A stretch of DNA of 61,781 nucleotides, the filler included, from Candidatus Tectimicrobiota bacterium (GTDB lineage Bacteria; JACPSX01), in the NCBI GenBank assembly GCA_016193065.1. It is 8 parts of 8 records of this genome, joined end to end, with 100 filler letters (N's around TTAATTAATTAA, not from the genome) between each part and the next. Parts side by side here need not be neighbours in the genome. Positions count along the whole stretch, not along the records: positions 55,677 to 61,781 come from JACPSX010000223.1; 7 more parts are not named here. The stretch is one strand, 5' to 3'. The notes below the pieces were generated by a model. That model was not told the DNA's origin. It ran no database searches and saw only the letters and a list, made by a program, of their open reading frames with translations. How positions within the stretch are numbered: the first letter of the stretch is position 1; the number at the start of each line of letters is the position of its first letter. Shown piece after piece: positions 59,210-61,781 of the stretch. A program made the position numbers and the translations under genes.

Positions 59210-59447
59210 CTTCTACGGCAAGAGCCCGGATCTCGTTTGACCTTCTGCACGCCCAGCGGGAGAACAGGCTGCCGGCCGTGCTCAGCGCGCAGGAGGTGCG
59301 GCGCCGCTCACGGAAGTCGCCCGACGGTTCAACCGGGACGTCTCAACGCTGAGTCGGGCCGTGGGGGCATTGCAGCGCATCGCCAGCGCGGGCAGGCCAG
59401 AGGTGAAACCATTGTGCAAACATCAAAAAGCAATTATACAAGCTTGA
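59210..59447 (+). pseudogene. fused remnants: tyrosine recombinase fragments then the C-terminal HTH of a RAYT-like transposase
   Basis: FYGKSPDLV and RLPAVLSAQEVR (integrase-like); PLTEVARRFNRDVSTLSRAVG...IIQA* ending in CAAGCTTGACCC. Confidence 0.5.
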
Positions 59448-59533
59448 CCCTTTCTCCCCCTTTCTCCGTAGTTTAGGCTCTCCCGCCGGGGACCGCCACA
59501 GGAGAATGTTCCCAAGCGCGCCCTGGTTGGCTT

Positions 59534-59932
59534 CTATCCCATCTTCACAACCTTGAGACCACAGAGCTTCTCGATTGGATCGAAGTCTTTGTCATTGTGC
59601 AAAAGGCGGATGTTGTGTTCGATAGCCACGGAAGCGATCATGCAATCAACCGCCTTACGAATCGTGATGCCATGCCGCCGTAGCGTTCGATACAGCTCCG
59701 ATGCTCTCACAAAGGTACGCCGACTCATCTGGAGGAAAAGGAAGGTGTCAAACCGTGATAGGGTTTTGGTGTAATTTGAGTCATCGCGAATCCCCTGCAG
59801 GACTTCGGTAAGAATGACCCCACAAATACAGATATCCTCCCCCTCTGTGAGGAAATGCTCCAGTGTTTGGACCTGCGGCGTGTTCTTCCCACCAAAGAAG
59901 TCCACCCACACGGTGGTATCGACAATGACCAC
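59534..59932 (-). CDS. VapC/PIN toxin
   Basis: IVDTTVWVDF, EVLQG, DCMIA, HNDKDF. Confidence 0.92.
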   Translation of the reverse strand: MVIVDTTVWVDFFGGKNTPQVQTLEHFLTEGEDICICGVILTEVLQGIRDDSNYTKTLSRFDTFLFLQMSRRTFVRASELYRTLRRHGITIRKAVDCMIASVAIEHNIRLLHNDKDFDPIEKLCGLKVVKMG

Positions 59933-59934
59933 CG

Positions 59935-60135
59935 CTATGCCCGTCCCTTACGCCACTCCTCAAGGTCGCCTTCCCAGCGAACCGCCCCTTTGAGTTCGAG
60001 CACTTTCTTCTGGCGTTTGTGCCTGAGCAATTCATGCAGGGCGTGGTCGATCAGCGTCCGAAGCGTTCGGATCCCAGTCTCCTTCTGGCATTTGGCAACG
60101 AGGTCATCATCCAGAACGACATTCGTCCTTCTCAT
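59935..60135 (-). CDS. VapB antitoxin (DUF2191-like)
   Basis: MRRTNVVLDDDLV..IDHAL..WEGDLEEWR; GGAGG RBS. Confidence 0.9.
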   Translation of the reverse strand: MRRTNVVLDDDLVAKCQKETGIRTLRTLIDHALHELLRHKRQKKVLELKGAVRWEGDLEEWRKGRA

Positions 60136-60259
60136 ACGAGCCACCTCCTCGAATACACATATATAGACTTTTAATGTGTATGGCAAGCAGTTTTCTCAGG
60201 AAGCCACGGGTCAGGGAGTCACGGGGGGTCGAGGTCAGGTTTGTAATCTTGTTCGGCGT

Positions 60260-60628
60260 CTACGCTGCTGGAATTGGGCCGGCAGCAACCAGTCTCCTCC
60301 TGGTTGGGCTCACAACCAGGTTGAGTCCTTCGAGGGTACGAGCCCCAAGAAGAACGAGGTCTCCTTTTTCTGCGACCACGACTTCATCGATGGTGAAGTA
60401 CTTGTCCACCCGGATGACCGCAAAGCCGACACTTCGTGTGACCACTGTGCCGTTCGTCATGACAAAGGATACGTCCTTTTTCTCACGGTTCACTCCTATC
60501 CTGTCCAAGATCGCTTCTGGCAGCCGGGTATGCTCACTTCCGGTGTCAACAAGAAGCTTGGGTATTCGCGCGGACTTCTTCCTATTAATGTGGTTTTGAA
60601 TCAATGCGCCAACATAGAATGTTCCCAT
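60260..60628 (-). CDS. clan AA (retroviral-like) aspartic protease, cassette ORF
   Basis: LLVDTGSE and LLGARTLEGLNL; flanked by GTTCGGC upstream and GCCGAAC 2 nt after the stop. Confidence 0.85.
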   Translation of the reverse strand: MGTFYVGALIQNHINRKKSARIPKLLVDTGSEHTRLPEAILDRIGVNREKKDVSFVMTNGTVVTRSVGFAVIRVDKYFTIDEVVVAEKGDLVLLGARTLEGLNLVVSPTRRRLVAAGPIPAA

Positions 60629-60651
60629 TGCGTTCTCCTGCTCCATTCTTC

Positions 60652-60714
60652 GCCGAACGGGGCGGCGGATGAGCCGTGGCCCGCAGGGCCATTGGTTCCA
60701 TCCTCGGGTTCGGC
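60652..60714 (-). mobile_element. attC-like recombination site
   Basis: Minus strand GCCGAAC-ccga-GGATGGAACC-aa-TGGCCC-tgc-GGGCCA-c-GGCTCATCC-gccgcccc-GTTCGGC; extrahelical G in L''. Confidence 0.68.
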
Positions 60715-60949
60715 CGCCGCAGGCGGCCGCAACCAGCGGGGCTCAACCGCCGCCCCGTTTGCCCGGACGCCTGCGGCCGGGCGAACCAATGAGTATGGTG
60801 TTCGGCATAATTCGGCCTTACTTCGGCATAGCTCAGGTCTTAACCGCTCAGCCTTGGAAACATTTCTACAATAATTTCAACGAGGTGTAAAGAGAATCCC
60901 ATCTTCCAAGTCCACGGTTTGAAGGGCCGCGCAAACTGGAGAAGTTGGG

Positions 60950-61780
60950 TTATCCCGAGATGCGGGAGTAGCGGCGGGCCACGGCAACCAGAATTGCCGA
61001 CACCAGGCTCACCAGGATCCCCAGGGCACCCAAAGGCCCGGTCAGTCCGTCCAGCCACAGGAAATAAAGAAGCGGCCCCACGGGTTCCGAGGAAGGAGTG
61101 TAAAGGAACAGAGACAGGCTGAATTCCCGCATGAAGATGGTGGCCAGGAGGATCCAGCCTGCAATGAGGCCCGGGCGCATCAAGGGGAAGAGGATGCGCC
61201 GCAGGGTGGTCCAGAACCCGCCCCCGCAGGCCCGGGAAGCTTCCTCCAGCTCCCGGTGGATCTGGACGATCGTGCTCGTCACGGACCGGAGCCCGTAGGG
61301 AAGAAAGCGGGTCACGTAGGCAATCAGCAAAATCCAGATCGTGGCGTAAATCGGCAGGGGGATTTTCACGTACCCCCACAGCAGGCCGATGGCCAGAGCC
61401 GTGCTGGGAAACGCCCAGGGGAGAAAGGTCAGGCCCTCCAGAATGCCGCGCCCGAACACCTTGGTCTTCACCGTAATGTAGGCCGTCAGGGCCGCCAGGA
61501 ACATGGCCGCCGTGGCTCCGGATACGGCCAGGAAGAGGCTGTTGCCGATCGCCCTGTACACCCGATCGCTTTTGAAAATGTAGGCGTAGTGCTTGAGCGT
61601 GGCCAGCTGGATCGTCTCCAGAGTCGGGACGTGATAATAGGGGAGGATCGAGATCAGGAACAGCATGACAATCGGCATGATGACCATCAGGGTGAGAATC
61701 CCCAGGGCCCCCGCCGAAGCCACAAACTTCCAGCGGCCCAGGTCGATCGTGTGGGGACGGTAGCCTTTGCCGGTGACCGT
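60950..61780 (-). CDS. Fe3+/thiamine-type ABC transporter permease (FbpB/ThiP-like; 5' part outside window)
   Basis: TVTGKGYRP linker, ELEEASRACG EAA motif, multiple TM helices. Confidence 0.88.
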   Translation of the reverse strand, partial: TVTGKGYRPHTIDLGRWKFVASAGALGILTLMVIMPIVMLFLISILPYYHVPTLETIQLATLKHYAYIFKSDRVYRAIGNSLFLAVSGATAAMFLAALTAYITVKTKVFGRGILEGLTFLPWAFPSTALAIGLLWGYVKIPLPIYATIWILLIAYVTRFLPYGLRSVTSTIVQIHRELEEASRACGGGFWTTLRRILFPLMRPGLIAGWILLATIFMREFSLSLFLYTPSSEPVGPLLYFLWLDGLTGPLGALGILVSLVSAILVAVARRYSRISG

Positions 61781-61781
61781 G

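Noticed and set aside
59143-59352. Integron integrase intI for the attC clusters
   Set aside because: Only short integrase-like peptide fragments remain, with no catalytic RHRY residues or IntI-specific insertion.

Overview
This window is not one continuous locus. It is eight GC-rich bacterial contigs, probably from a metagenome bin, joined by 100-bp N44-TTAATTAATTAA-N44 linkers: A 1-14155, B 14256-26313, C 26414-29404, D 29505-36359, E 36460-45941, F 46042-51020, G 51121-55576, H 55677-61781. kdsD/kdsC, PilZ, HDOD and cheY genes suggest a diderm, motile, deltaproteobacteria/Nitrospinota-like organism; this is an inference. Most of the content is housekeeping: a tRNA Thr-Tyr-Gly-Thr cluster, rlmB-cysS-ispDF-yacL-radA, moaC, panBC, folK, dapBL, rimO, bolA-grxD, ino1, lutABC, sdhAB, lepAB, kdsDC, pccB-accC, a DEAD-box helicase, arsR-arsM, cbb3 ccoNOS and a GH57. 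The most interesting signal is a ~380-nt non-coding stretch between a PilZ gene and lepA (minus strand, ~35200-35580). It carries several motifs I recall from OLE RNA in the expected order, but it is much shorter, lies outside Bacillota and is not followed by oapA. Other notable items: two integrase-less attC cassette clusters rich in toxin-antitoxin modules, one preceded by a group II intron 3' end and containing a HEPN-like cassette; recurrent GGGGTCAGG-type junction motifs with a RAYT-like transposase remnant; palindromic MITEs inserted in frame in a DUF3108 gene and in cas6; a structured DEAD-box helicase leader; and internal deletions in radA and a histidine kinase that may be assembly errors. 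All family calls are by motif recognition; no database searches were run.
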